Virus record (IMG/VR): IMGVR_UViG_2706794678_000007
DNA: 30,068 nt
Direction: 5' to 3' (one strand)
DNA from: a virus
Taxonomy: Duplodnaviria > Heunggongvirae > Uroviricota > Caudoviricetes
The position numbers and the translations under genes are program-made. Positions 16,188-24,540 of the stretch are shown piece by piece; positions within the stretch are counted from its first letter, which is position 1, and each line of letters starts with the position of its first letter. A model generated the notes under the pieces. The model saw only the letters and a program-made list of their open reading frames with translations, was not told the origin of the DNA and did no database searches.

Positions 16188-17594
16188 ATGGCTGATATAT
16201 CAACACCCAACCTCGACTATAACGATATGCTGGAGGCGTGGGATATTAACGACGCACTGATGGGCGGTACGCTTGAAATGCGCAGGCAGGGGGAAAATTA
16301 TCTCCCAAAATGGCCTAACGAAGATGAAGACGCTTATAAAAAACGCCTGTCTGTGGCTACGCTACTTCCTGTGTATGAAGAAAGCATCAAGCAAAATATT
16401 GGGCGCATATTTGCAGAGCCGACAGTATTGAGTGAGGAAACGCCGGCAAAAATCAGGGAATATGCAGAAAATATCGACATGGAGGGGAGCCGACTGGATG
16501 TGTGGGCGCAGCAATTTTTCAGCCTCGCATTTCAGTATGGTGTGGCACATGCGCTGGTGGACTATCCACGAACGGATATGAAAGAGATTCGGACAAAAGC
16601 CGATGAAAACGCGACCGGTGGTCGTCCGTACGTTACGATGCTGAATCCACGCCAGGTTATTGGATGGAAATCGAAAGTTGAAAAAGGGAAAGTTGTTCTC
16701 ACTGATTTGCGTATAAAAGAGGTCATCATTATTGATGGTGATGATTTCGGGCAGAAGAAGGTGGAGCAGATCCGCCATATTATGCCCCGTCGAGTTGAAA
16801 TTTATCGACGTAGCGAAGGCACTAATGGCGAATCTGTCTGGACGCTTCATGAGTCATGGAATACCAGCCGTGATGATATTCCTCTGGTAACACTGTACAC
16901 GAAGAAAACAGGATTTATGCGTGGTACACCGCCATTGCTTAATCTTGGCTTGCTGAATATCAAGCACTGGCAAAGCCAGAGCGAGCAGGACAATATTCTT
17001 CATGTTGCCCGCGTTCCATTGCTGGTGGCCTACGGGCTGGACAGGAATGAAGAACTGACGGTTGGTGCATCCACCGCTACGATTTTTGAGGACAGAACAA
17101 AAAATGGCCTCGAATATGTTGAACATAGTGGCGCAGCGATAGAATCTGGCGAAACATCACTTGAGAAGCTGGAAAATCAGATGCGTCATGCCGGCGCTAA
17201 ACTTCTGCGTGCTGAAAATACATCCACCAAATCTGTTGATCAGACTAATGAAGAGCGAATGCAGGAAAACTCGCCGCTTTATACAATGGCGAACTCCCTC
17301 GAAGATGCCCTCGATAATATTCTCCAGATAATGGCGGAATGGATCGGAGAGAGTTGCGGTGGCAATGTGGATGTGCGCACTGAACTGGATGTATCTGCCC
17401 AGGTGTTTGACTCATCCTCCGCGCTGGCTGTTCAGTCATTGCGTCAGGGCGGTGATATACGTCAGATTGATGCGGTTCGGGTGTTGCAGGCGTTGAAATT
17501 TATCGATCAGGATTCCCGTCCAGAGGAAGTGATCGATGAATTAAAAAATCAGAGTGTAATGCTGATGGAAATCAATGATGCAAACCGTGAATGA
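16188..17594 (+). CDS. portal protein
   Basis: 468 aa, immediately after terL and before the head morphogenesis gene. Confidence 0.8.
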   Translation: MADISTPNLDYNDMLEAWDINDALMGGTLEMRRQGENYLPKWPNEDEDAYKKRLSVATLLPVYEESIKQNIGRIFAEPTVLSEETPAKIREYAENIDMEGSRLDVWAQQFFSLAFQYGVAHALVDYPRTDMKEIRTKADENATGGRPYVTMLNPRQVIGWKSKVEKGKVVLTDLRIKEVIIIDGDDFGQKKVEQIRHIMPRRVEIYRRSEGTNGESVWTLHESWNTSRDDIPLVTLYTKKTGFMRGTPPLLNLGLLNIKHWQSQSEQDNILHVARVPLLVAYGLDRNEELTVGASTATIFEDRTKNGLEYVEHSGAAIESGETSLEKLENQMRHAGAKLLRAENTSTKSVDQTNEERMQENSPLYTMANSLEDALDNILQIMAEWIGESCGGNVDVRTELDVSAQVFDSSSALAVQSLRQGGDIRQIDAVRVLQALKFIDQDSRPEEVIDELKNQSVMLMEINDANRE

Positions 17595-18690
17595 ACGGCT
17601 GCGTGATGAATCAATTGCTCATGCAGTCTGGATATCCCGCTATAGCACTGGCGTGGCTGCCAGAATGGTGAAAATACTGAATGACAGCGATGCGGAACTT
17701 ACTGCTCGCCTGCTGATAGCACTGGACAGCCTCGATCCAGGTAGTTTTACCGTTAAGCGCCTGGAGTCACTTCTGGCGAGCGTCAGAGAGGTTAACCGCA
17801 CTGCTATTAACAGCATGTTTACCAGTCTCTCCGGAGAGCTGAACGAGCTGGCAATTTATGAGGCTGGTTATCAGTTAAGTCTGTTTGATTCTATGCTACC
17901 TGATTTTGTTGCTGATGTTCACCCTCTGGTTGGTATCTCTCCTGATGCACTTTATGCCGCTGCAATGGCGCGACCATTCCAGGGACGACTGCTCAGTGAG
18001 TGGGCCTCAGATCTTGAGGCGGATCGGCTCAGACGCATAACAAATACAGTGCGTCAGGGTTTTTTGCTGGGGGATACCAATGAGCAGATCGCAAGAAAAA
18101 TTCGGGGACATGTCAGTAAGGGATTTCAGGATGGTGCATTGCAGATGAGCCGGGCTAATGCGGCCAGCATTGCAAAAACAGCGGTTGGACATCTTGCTGC
18201 TACTGCCCGTGAGAGTTTTGCCAGCGCGAATAATGATTTGATTAAGGGTAAGCAATGGTTATCAACGCTTGATAATCGTACTACGCCACAATGTCGAATC
18301 AGGGATCGCCTCAAATATACGCTGAATAATAAACCTGTAGGTCACAGCGTGCCTTATTTGCAGGGGCCGGGAAAAATTCATTTCTGCTGCCGCTCAACGG
18401 AAACGTTCATTCTGAAATCAGCGAAGGAACTGGGTATTGATGTTCGCGATATTTCCCCGGCTGAGCGGGCCAGCATGGATGGCGTGGTGGCCGGAGATAC
18501 AACCTACAGGGAATGGTTTTTGCGTCAGCCTTACACCAGACAAAAACAGATTGTGGGGGAAAGCCGAGCAAAGCTGATTCGGGATGGTGGTATGTCGCCA
18601 GATGAATTTTACACCGATAAAGGCGAATGGCTGACGCTGAAGCAGCTCCGTGAGCGTGATGCACAGGTATTCAGAAAAGCAGGGATTTAA
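17575..18690 (+). CDS. head morphogenesis protein (MuF/SPP1 gp7-like minor head protein)
   Basis: 371 aa following portal, overlapping the portal 3' end; characteristic position and composition. Confidence 0.7.
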   Translation: MMQTVNERLRDESIAHAVWISRYSTGVAARMVKILNDSDAELTARLLIALDSLDPGSFTVKRLESLLASVREVNRTAINSMFTSLSGELNELAIYEAGYQLSLFDSMLPDFVADVHPLVGISPDALYAAAMARPFQGRLLSEWASDLEADRLRRITNTVRQGFLLGDTNEQIARKIRGHVSKGFQDGALQMSRANAASIAKTAVGHLAATARESFASANNDLIKGKQWLSTLDNRTTPQCRIRDRLKYTLNNKPVGHSVPYLQGPGKIHFCCRSTETFILKSAKELGIDVRDISPAERASMDGVVAGDTTYREWFLRQPYTRQKQIVGESRAKLIRDGGMSPDEFYTDKGEWLTLKQLRERDAQVFRKAGI

Positions 18691-18710
18691 ATAAATCATT
18701 TATTACAACA

Positions 18711-18735
18711 GGCTACCTTCGGGTGGCCTTTTTTA
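18711..18735 (+). terminator. terminator-like hairpin (UUCG tetraloop) between head morphogenesis and scaffold genes
   Basis: GGCTACC-TTCG-GGTGGCC (one G·U wobble) followed by TTTTTT. Confidence 0.4.
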
Positions 18736-18794
18736 TTGCTGCGATCCGGATGGTGAGCAGCGTAACTGTCGGAAGACTTAAACCAGGTACTAAT

Positions 18795-19559
18795 ATGAAA
18801 CTGAAAACGGTCGAGATTAACGGAAAACAATACGCAGAAATTGATACTGCTGGCCTGCCAGTTTATGTGCACGACGATGGTAAAGAAATTGGCTTCGATG
18901 CACCGCTGGCGACAAAAAAAATTACAGAGCTTAATGGCGAGGCAAAAAATCATCGCCTGGCTAAAGAAGCTGCAGAGGAAAAACTGGCTAAGTTTGCCGC
19001 TATCGAAGACCCGAAGAAGGCGATCGAGGCACTGGAAATGCTGTCAAAAATCGACCAGAAAAAGCTGCTCGATGCGGGACAGGTTGACCAGGTTAAGGCA
19101 GAAATTACGAAAAATTTTCAGCAGCAATTAGATGAAGAAAAGCAACGCTCTCAGATGCTGGAGAAGCAGCTTTACGATTCTATGATTGGCGGTAGTTTTG
19201 CGGGTTCAAAATATATTGCCGATAAAATTGCGATCCCGGCAGATTTATTACAAGCCCGCTTCGGGCAGGCATTCAAAGTGGAAGAAGGGAGGATCGTTGC
19301 TTATGACGCTTCCGGCAACAAAATTTATTCCCGCGCGAAGCCTGGCGAACTGGCGCAGTTTGATGAGGCGCTGGAGTTCCTTGTCGAAAATTACCCTCAG
19401 AAAGACTACATCCTGAAAGCCAGTGGCAACAATGGCGGCGGCTCCCGTCCGACACAGCATGATATTGGTCAGAAAACGATGAAACGCTCTGCTTTTGATG
19501 CACTGGATGTTGCAGGTAAGCAAAACGCATTGAAAGACGGTATCACAATCGTTGATTAA
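18795..19559 (+). CDS. scaffolding protein (putative)
   Basis: Alpha-helical, charged protein (many E/K/Q) directly before the major capsid gene. Start at MKLKTVEING (ATG 18795); the ORF-track start at 18723 overlaps the terminator. Confidence 0.65.
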   Translation: MKLKTVEINGKQYAEIDTAGLPVYVHDDGKEIGFDAPLATKKITELNGEAKNHRLAKEAAEEKLAKFAAIEDPKKAIEALEMLSKIDQKKLLDAGQVDQVKAEITKNFQQQLDEEKQRSQMLEKQLYDSMIGGSFAGSKYIADKIAIPADLLQARFGQAFKVEEGRIVAYDASGNKIYSRAKPGELAQFDEALEFLVENYPQKDYILKASGNNGGGSRPTQHDIGQKTMKRSAFDALDVAGKQNALKDGITIVD

Positions 19560-19657
19560 CACATTTGTCAGCTTCCGGATGGGAGCTGGTGTCAGGGCTG
19601 GATAGCTCATTACTCCATCTATTCACAATTACGCAAATTTTTAAGGAATATTTAATT

Positions 19658-20797
19658 ATGGCTGGAAATACCCTGACCGGGTTGATCCCGACTATTTATA
19701 CCGCCCTGGATGTTGTATCCCGTGAGCAGGTAGGTTTTATCCCTGCGGTAGCAAAAAACGCAAAAGCTGACGCCGCAGCAAAAGATCAGACGGTAACCGC
19801 GCCAGTTGCGCCTGAGGCGAAAACCGAAGATATCGTACCGGGGCCGTCAGCTCCGAATACCGGTGATCAAAATATTGGCACTGTTGATGTAAAAATTACT
19901 AAATCCAAAATGGCACCGGTTAAATGGAATGGTGAAGAACAACTGGCTCTTGGCCCTTCAGGGACTTACAACACCATTCTGGCTGATCAGTTCAAGCAGG
20001 CTTTTCGCGCCCTTGCAAACGAGGTTGAGGCTGATCTTGGTGCGTTGTATTTCGGTGCTTCCCGCGCCGTGGGAACCGCAGGGACAACGCCGTTTGGTGT
20101 TAAAGATGATCTTTCTGATGCTGCTCTGGCTCGTCAGGTTCTGGAGGATAACGGCGCACCGACAACCGATCTGCAGATGGTGCTTGGCTCCACTGCCATT
20201 GCTAATTTGCGCGGAAAACAGTCTGTATTGTTTAAAGTGAATGAATCCGGCACTGAACAGCTACTGCGTGAGGGCGTGTTGGGGCGTCTGGAGGGATTCA
20301 ATATTCACAGTTCGGCAGGTGTGAAACGAGCGCCAAAGGTTGCTGCAACTGGTTATCTCGTGAATGGAGAGAAAAAAGAAGGCGATGTTCTTATTTCCAT
20401 TGATACTGGTTCGGGGAGTATTTCTGCAGGTCAGATTGTTACGTTCGCTGGTGATCCGAATCAGTATGTTGTGGCAGCAGCGACCAGCAATCTGATTACT
20501 CTTGCAGCGCCCGGACTGCGTCAGGATCTGGCCGATGATACTGCCATCACAGTTGTTGGGGCCTTTACTGCAAATATGGCGTTTGATCGCAACGCGTTTC
20601 TGCTGGCATCCCGTACTCCGGCAATGCCGGAAGGTGGCGATAATGCTGATGATGTAATGAATGTTACGGACCCGATTTCAGGGATTACGTTCCAGATTGC
20701 ACTGTATCGTCAGTATCGCCAGGTGCGCTATGAAGTTGGACTGGCATGGGGTGTTTCATCAGTGAAGCCGGCACATGGTTGTCTGATTCTTGGTTAA
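19658..20797 (+). CDS. major capsid protein
   Basis: About 380 aa after the scaffold gene; RBS AAGGA before ATG 19658; followed by a strong terminator. Confidence 0.8.
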   Translation: MAGNTLTGLIPTIYTALDVVSREQVGFIPAVAKNAKADAAAKDQTVTAPVAPEAKTEDIVPGPSAPNTGDQNIGTVDVKITKSKMAPVKWNGEEQLALGPSGTYNTILADQFKQAFRALANEVEADLGALYFGASRAVGTAGTTPFGVKDDLSDAALARQVLEDNGAPTTDLQMVLGSTAIANLRGKQSVLFKVNESGTEQLLREGVLGRLEGFNIHSSAGVKRAPKVAATGYLVNGEKKEGDVLISIDTGSGSISAGQIVTFAGDPNQYVVAAATSNLITLAAPGLRQDLADDTAITVVGAFTANMAFDRNAFLLASRTPAMPEGGDNADDVMNVTDPISGITFQIALYRQYRQVRYEVGLAWGVSSVKPAHGCLILG

Positions 20798-20807
20798 ACA
20801 TTCAAAC

Positions 20808-20828
20808 GGGGCTTCGGCCCCATTTTTA
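20808..20828 (+). terminator. rho-independent terminator after the capsid gene
   Basis: GGGGC-TTCG-GCCCC followed by ATTTTTA. Confidence 0.55.
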
Positions 20829-20839
20829 ATGGGGGGCAT

Positions 20840-21016
20840 ATGGCCGGATTAACTAAAGAGCAAAGAGCACAGCGTGAAGCCGCACAAAAAACGCAAATTG
20901 AGTTAGTGGTTATGGTGACCGATTATCAGATGTTTCCCGGCGCACCAACTATCGCTAATGTTCATCCTGATGAAGTTGACAACTGGAAGGCTATGGGCTG
21001 GAAAACTCAGGAGTAA
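20840..21016 (+). CDS. small hypothetical protein (58 aa), not in the ORF track
   Basis: ATG 20840 to TAA 21014-21016 (MAGLTKEQRAQREAAQKTQIELVVMVTDYQMFPGAPTIANVHPDEVDNWKAMGWKTQE), found by manual translation; G-rich stretch upstream. Fills the gap between capsid and connector genes. Confidence 0.3.
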   Translation: MAGLTKEQRAQREAAQKTQIELVVMVTDYQMFPGAPTIANVHPDEVDNWKAMGWKTQE

Positions 21017-21019
21017 CAC

Positions 21020-21415
21020 ATGATCACTTACGTGACCTGTGATGACGTTGATAATGCGTTTGGGAACGCCTGGACGAGTGAGAACGCTAAAAATAAAGCT
21101 GTTTTAATGGCTAATGCCTGGCTTAATGGCTTCAACCTGAAAATTAACCCATCCCGTATTCCGGAAGAGGTAAAACTTGCGGGAGCATATGCAGCCAGAA
21201 TTGCCTCATTCGGTAAGTTGTTTCAGCAGAAAAATGATTCTGGCGTTGTTATCAGTAAAGCCGTGTCGGCTGACGGGGTCAGTGTATCGAAATCATTTTC
21301 TGAGTTGCCAGCAAACAGCACTGCATTGCTTGAACCCGATTTACAGCTTGCGATAGCACTGCTGAAACCGTACGGACTTAGTCGCTCACAAGTCAGGGTT
21401 GTGAGGGGGGGATAA
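21020..21415 (+). CDS. head-tail connector/adaptor protein (putative)
   Basis: Position after capsid; RBS AGGAG; tightly coupled to the following genes. Confidence 0.55.
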   Translation: MITYVTCDDVDNAFGNAWTSENAKNKAVLMANAWLNGFNLKINPSRIPEEVKLAGAYAARIASFGKLFQQKNDSGVVISKAVSADGVSVSKSFSELPANSTALLEPDLQLAIALLKPYGLSRSQVRVVRGG

Positions 21416-21798
21416 TGGGGCTTCGTGAAGAGATTCAGTCAGAGGTTGCCGCTGCTTTTGATGAGGATTTAGCGGACGCCGTGAGTGATTTTTCTGGTTC
21501 TTACGTTACGCACCGGCACTGGGATCCTGTGACGGAAACTGGCGGCGAATCAACCGCAATCTATACCGGGCGAGGCGTGTTGACACGTTATAAGCTGGGC
21601 AGAATTGATGGGATTAATATTTTGCATGGTGACCTTAAATTAACCGCTCTGGTATGCGAGGTTACGGATAAACCAGCTGTCGACCATATTATTGAGATTT
21701 ATGATCCTGTATCAAGGCAGTTACAACGATACGAGGTAATTACAGCAAGTGTAGATCCTTCCGCATCAGTTTACTCTATCCAGTTAAGGAGAGCGTAA
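21415..21798 (+). CDS. head-tail joining protein (putative)
   Basis: Start overlaps the upstream stop; part of a four-gene translationally coupled block. Confidence 0.55.
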   Translation: MGLREEIQSEVAAAFDEDLADAVSDFSGSYVTHRHWDPVTETGGESTAIYTGRGVLTRYKLGRIDGINILHGDLKLTALVCEVTDKPAVDHIIEIYDPVSRQLQRYEVITASVDPSASVYSIQLRRA

Positions 21799-22179
21799 AT
21801 GGCAAAGGCATGGGATATAGAACCGTCAATATTTGCCGGGATGATTGAGGAAGATGTAGGGCTGAAGATTCGCTACATCGCTATGCAGATTCTTACTGCT
21901 ATTGATATTGCTGCTCCGGTTGATACCGGACGTTTCAGAAATAACAACCTGGTGTCGTTACAGCATCCCGATTTTGGTATATCTGATAACGTGGATCCGA
22001 ACGGTACGATTGCTGTTCAGCGTGGGATCGGGGTTATTTCGAAAGCTGCAAATTACGGGGTTATTTATATCCAGAATAACCTTCCTTATGCAGAGGCTCT
22101 TGAAAACGGTCATTCACAACAAGCGCCAACTGGCGTGTATGCCAACGCTTTTCATGGTGTTTTACAGGCTTACAAATGA
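21799..22179 (+). CDS. head-tail joining / tail completion protein (putative)
   Basis: Coupled ORF in the head-tail block. Confidence 0.55.
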   Translation: MAKAWDIEPSIFAGMIEEDVGLKIRYIAMQILTAIDIAAPVDTGRFRNNNLVSLQHPDFGISDNVDPNGTIAVQRGIGVISKAANYGVIYIQNNLPYAEALENGHSQQAPTGVYANAFHGVLQAYK

Positions 22180-22568
22180 AGTTTACTGAAATCAGAAATA
22201 CGGTTATTTCCAGAATGACGGCACAGACGATTATTGATGGAAAAGACGTATTGTATCCGAACGGGCCAACGTTCGATCCTTCCGGTAAGTTAATCTGGGC
22301 GCGGTTAAGTAATATTCCCGGGCAGGCTGGAGTTAATGAAATTGGCGCGGGGCCGGTTGTTTATCGCACGGGGATAATCATTATTCAGTTATTTGTCCCC
22401 GCAGGTTCTGGTTCAAAACTCATTACTGAGACAGCCGATAAATTGCGGGAACTGTTTGAGTTTCAGGATGACGATCGTCTCAGTTACCAGGCTGTTTCCT
22501 CAATAGCCGTTGGCGAAAAGAATGGCTGGTTCCAGCTTAATCTTCAAATTCCATATCGCGCGCTCTAG
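22176..22568 (+). CDS. tail completion/terminator protein (putative)
   Basis: Overlaps the upstream stop by 4 nt; immediately precedes the major tail protein. Confidence 0.55.
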   Translation: MKFTEIRNTVISRMTAQTIIDGKDVLYPNGPTFDPSGKLIWARLSNIPGQAGVNEIGAGPVVYRTGIIIIQLFVPAGSGSKLITETADKLRELFEFQDDDRLSYQAVSSIAVGEKNGWFQLNLQIPYRAL

Positions 22569-22594
22569 CGCAATTAATGACATAGGAGGCTCCT

Positions 22595-23557
22595 GTGAGT
22601 TCAGGTGCAAAGGTTATCTCGGCATTTATCCGGGAGACGGTTGCAGGCACTACGCCAGCAAGTGGTGACTGGAGTTTATTAAAACGCACAAGCTGGGGAG
22701 TAAAACCCACCCAGAATAAAGGCGAAAATAATGAGATTGGTGGCTCCCGGATGGCTCAGGGGGCGACGCCTGGCACTGTGGATGTCGGCGGTGATGTTGG
22801 TACCAAATTTCGCTGGGGTCAACATGATGATTTTCTTGCATCCTGTTTCGGCGCGGAATGGTCAGGCGATTCTCTGACAATGGGGAATGAGCGAATAACA
22901 TTTTCTCTGGCGACCTATGCGTCCGATGTCGGAATTGCCTCTGTCGTCAGAGGAGCGCAGGTTGGCTCATGGAAAATGCAGATCCCTAACGACGGCGATA
23001 TTACAGCGACCGTAACCTTTGCCGGACTGGACTGGGAATCAAAGGCCGATGATACGAATTTTATCAAAGGCGAACCTGTGGATAGTGCAGGAAAGCTACG
23101 TTATTCGTTTAAGGAGGTTTCAGCAGTAAGCCTGAATGGTGTTGCCGGAGGTAACGGTTTTTGTATCGACAGTTTTGATATTCAGTTCGATAACAAACTC
23201 CAGACACAGCGTTGTATCGGGACTGGCTCGCCTTATGCAGGAGCAAATATTCCGACTACTTTTACACCGTCCGGTACGGTGACGCTTTCATGGTCTAAAG
23301 CCGCGTGGGAAATCTGGAGTAAAACACTGACTGGAGAAACAGTTCCGTTCAGCTTCACGCTTTCGAATGGAGAGGGGGCATACACTTTCAGTTTCCCGAA
23401 GGTTCAGGTGTCAGGTGAATGGCCTGATGGGGGTAATAGCGACATTATCCAGGTTCAATTGAGCATTACCGCAGCAGATGAAGCACCTACGATAACCAGA
23501 AAAAAAAATTCCCCGGCTGCCGTGATCGCAAAAGCCAGTGCTGAGGCGATTAGTTGA
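22595..23557 (+). CDS. major tail (tube) protein
   Basis: 320 aa, Gly/Thr/Ser-rich; GTG start with AGGAGG RBS; directly upstream of the G/GT chaperone genes. Confidence 0.7.
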   Translation: MSSGAKVISAFIRETVAGTTPASGDWSLLKRTSWGVKPTQNKGENNEIGGSRMAQGATPGTVDVGGDVGTKFRWGQHDDFLASCFGAEWSGDSLTMGNERITFSLATYASDVGIASVVRGAQVGSWKMQIPNDGDITATVTFAGLDWESKADDTNFIKGEPVDSAGKLRYSFKEVSAVSLNGVAGGNGFCIDSFDIQFDNKLQTQRCIGTGSPYAGANIPTTFTPSGTVTLSWSKAAWEIWSKTLTGETVPFSFTLSNGEGAYTFSFPKVQVSGEWPDGGNSDIIQVQLSITAADEAPTITRKKNSPAAVIAKASAEAIS

Positions 23558-23605
23558 TTTTCCGTTATTCCTCCTGTGGTACTGCCCTACAGGGGGACGC
23601 ATTGA

Positions 23606-24067
23606 ATGAGGTTATGGATGTTTATTCTTAATCAGAAAATTATCATTGGTGGAGAACGCTGGTTTACGCCAATGAAGGACTTAAAACCTGTAGACGGGTT
23701 AAAACTGTTGGTGGCAAGCAGCGATAACGATCAGTATCGCTCCCGTAATGCATTAATCCGTCGCCACATTGAGAAAATGGATGCCAGTTTGCACGTCGGA
23801 ACGAAGGAGTTTGATATTTCAAAGGTTTCCGAGGTGGATTCTGTTGATGATTTACTCATTGATAATGCCGCTCGTTATCTGCTGAAAGACTGGAAAGGGG
23901 TTGGTGAACTGGTTAATGGTGTTGAGGTTGCACTGGAATATACGGCAGAACGAGGGATCGCGCTGCTTAAGCAGAATCCAGAGTTGTACTGGCAGATCCT
24001 TGCAGAAGCAGCCAGCATCGCCCAGGGTAAAGAGCAGCAGAAGCAGGATACGATAAAAAAGCCATAG
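23606..24067 (+). CDS. G: tail assembly chaperone G
   Basis: Sits between the major tail protein and tape measure; ends with slippery heptamer A_AAA_AAG (24055-24061) just before the stop at 24065-24067. Confidence 0.75.
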   Translation: MRLWMFILNQKIIIGGERWFTPMKDLKPVDGLKLLVASSDNDQYRSRNALIRRHIEKMDASLHVGTKEFDISKVSEVDSVDDLLIDNAARYLLKDWKGVGELVNGVEVALEYTAERGIALLKQNPELYWQILAEAASIAQGKEQQKQDTIKKP

Positions 24068-24375
24068 CTGCCCAGCGGTGGTTATCGGAGTTCGGGGGAG
24101 AAAGGGGGGAAAAGGCAAGATGGAAGCGAGAAAAACTCAGGTTGCCACCGATACCGGAACCAGAAATAGACCCGGTGCTTAAGGAGTTGTTGTACGCCTA
24201 TTCGGTAATATCCCGTGCCCGACGTTATGCTGGAATGGCTGGGGTGCCTTTGCCTTTATCTCTGACAGAGATAAATGAATATTTAGCCACTCATCCGGTA
24301 TTGATTGAGCGCGATGAATTTGAAGCAGTGATCTTTGCACTGGATGACCAGTATTTTCAGGAGCAGTGTGTGTAG
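24055..24375 (+). CDS. GT: -1 frame extension (T portion) of the tail assembly chaperone GT fusion, reached by programmed frameshift
   Basis: The -1 frame is open from the slippery site through 24375 (…KKAIAAQRWLSEFGGERGEKARWKREKLRLPPIPEPEIDPV…TEINEYLATHPVLIERDEF…) and has no independent ATG or RBS. Confidence 0.7.
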   Translation, partial: KKAIAAQRWLSEFGGERGEKARWKREKLRLPPIPEPEIDPVLKELLYAYSVISRARRYAGMAGVPLPLSLTEINEYLATHPVLIERDEFEAVIFALDDQYFQEQCV

Positions 24376-24495
24376 TTGTTAATTACGTACACTCTGTTAC
24401 AGAGATGTGATGGTGTCTTTAATTAAATCGATGATGCTCCTGGAGAAAAGCATTGCGTGGCCTCGTAATCGCTATATCTACTATTATGTCGCCTG

Positions 24496-24520
24496 AAACC
24501 CACTTCGCGGTGGGTTTTTT
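24496..24520 (+). terminator. terminator-like hairpin before the tape measure gene
   Basis: AAACCCAC-TTCGCG-GTGGGTTT followed by a T-run. Confidence 0.4.
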
Positions 24521-24540
24521 GTTGTCAGGAGTTTTAATAA

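Noticed and set aside
16362-17126. Long antisense ORFs (162 aa and 90 aa) inside the portal gene, and similar minus-strand ORFs inside other structural genes (e.g. 14322-14845, 18007-18699, 19248-19610, 28081-28659).
   Set aside because: All lie antisense within well-supported, tightly packed plus-strand structural genes; typical shadow ORFs.
24376-24540. 28-codon ORF (MVSLIKSMMLLEKSIAWPRNRYIYYYVA) between GT and the tape measure gene.
   Set aside because: Too short, no RBS, overlaps the terminator-like hairpin.
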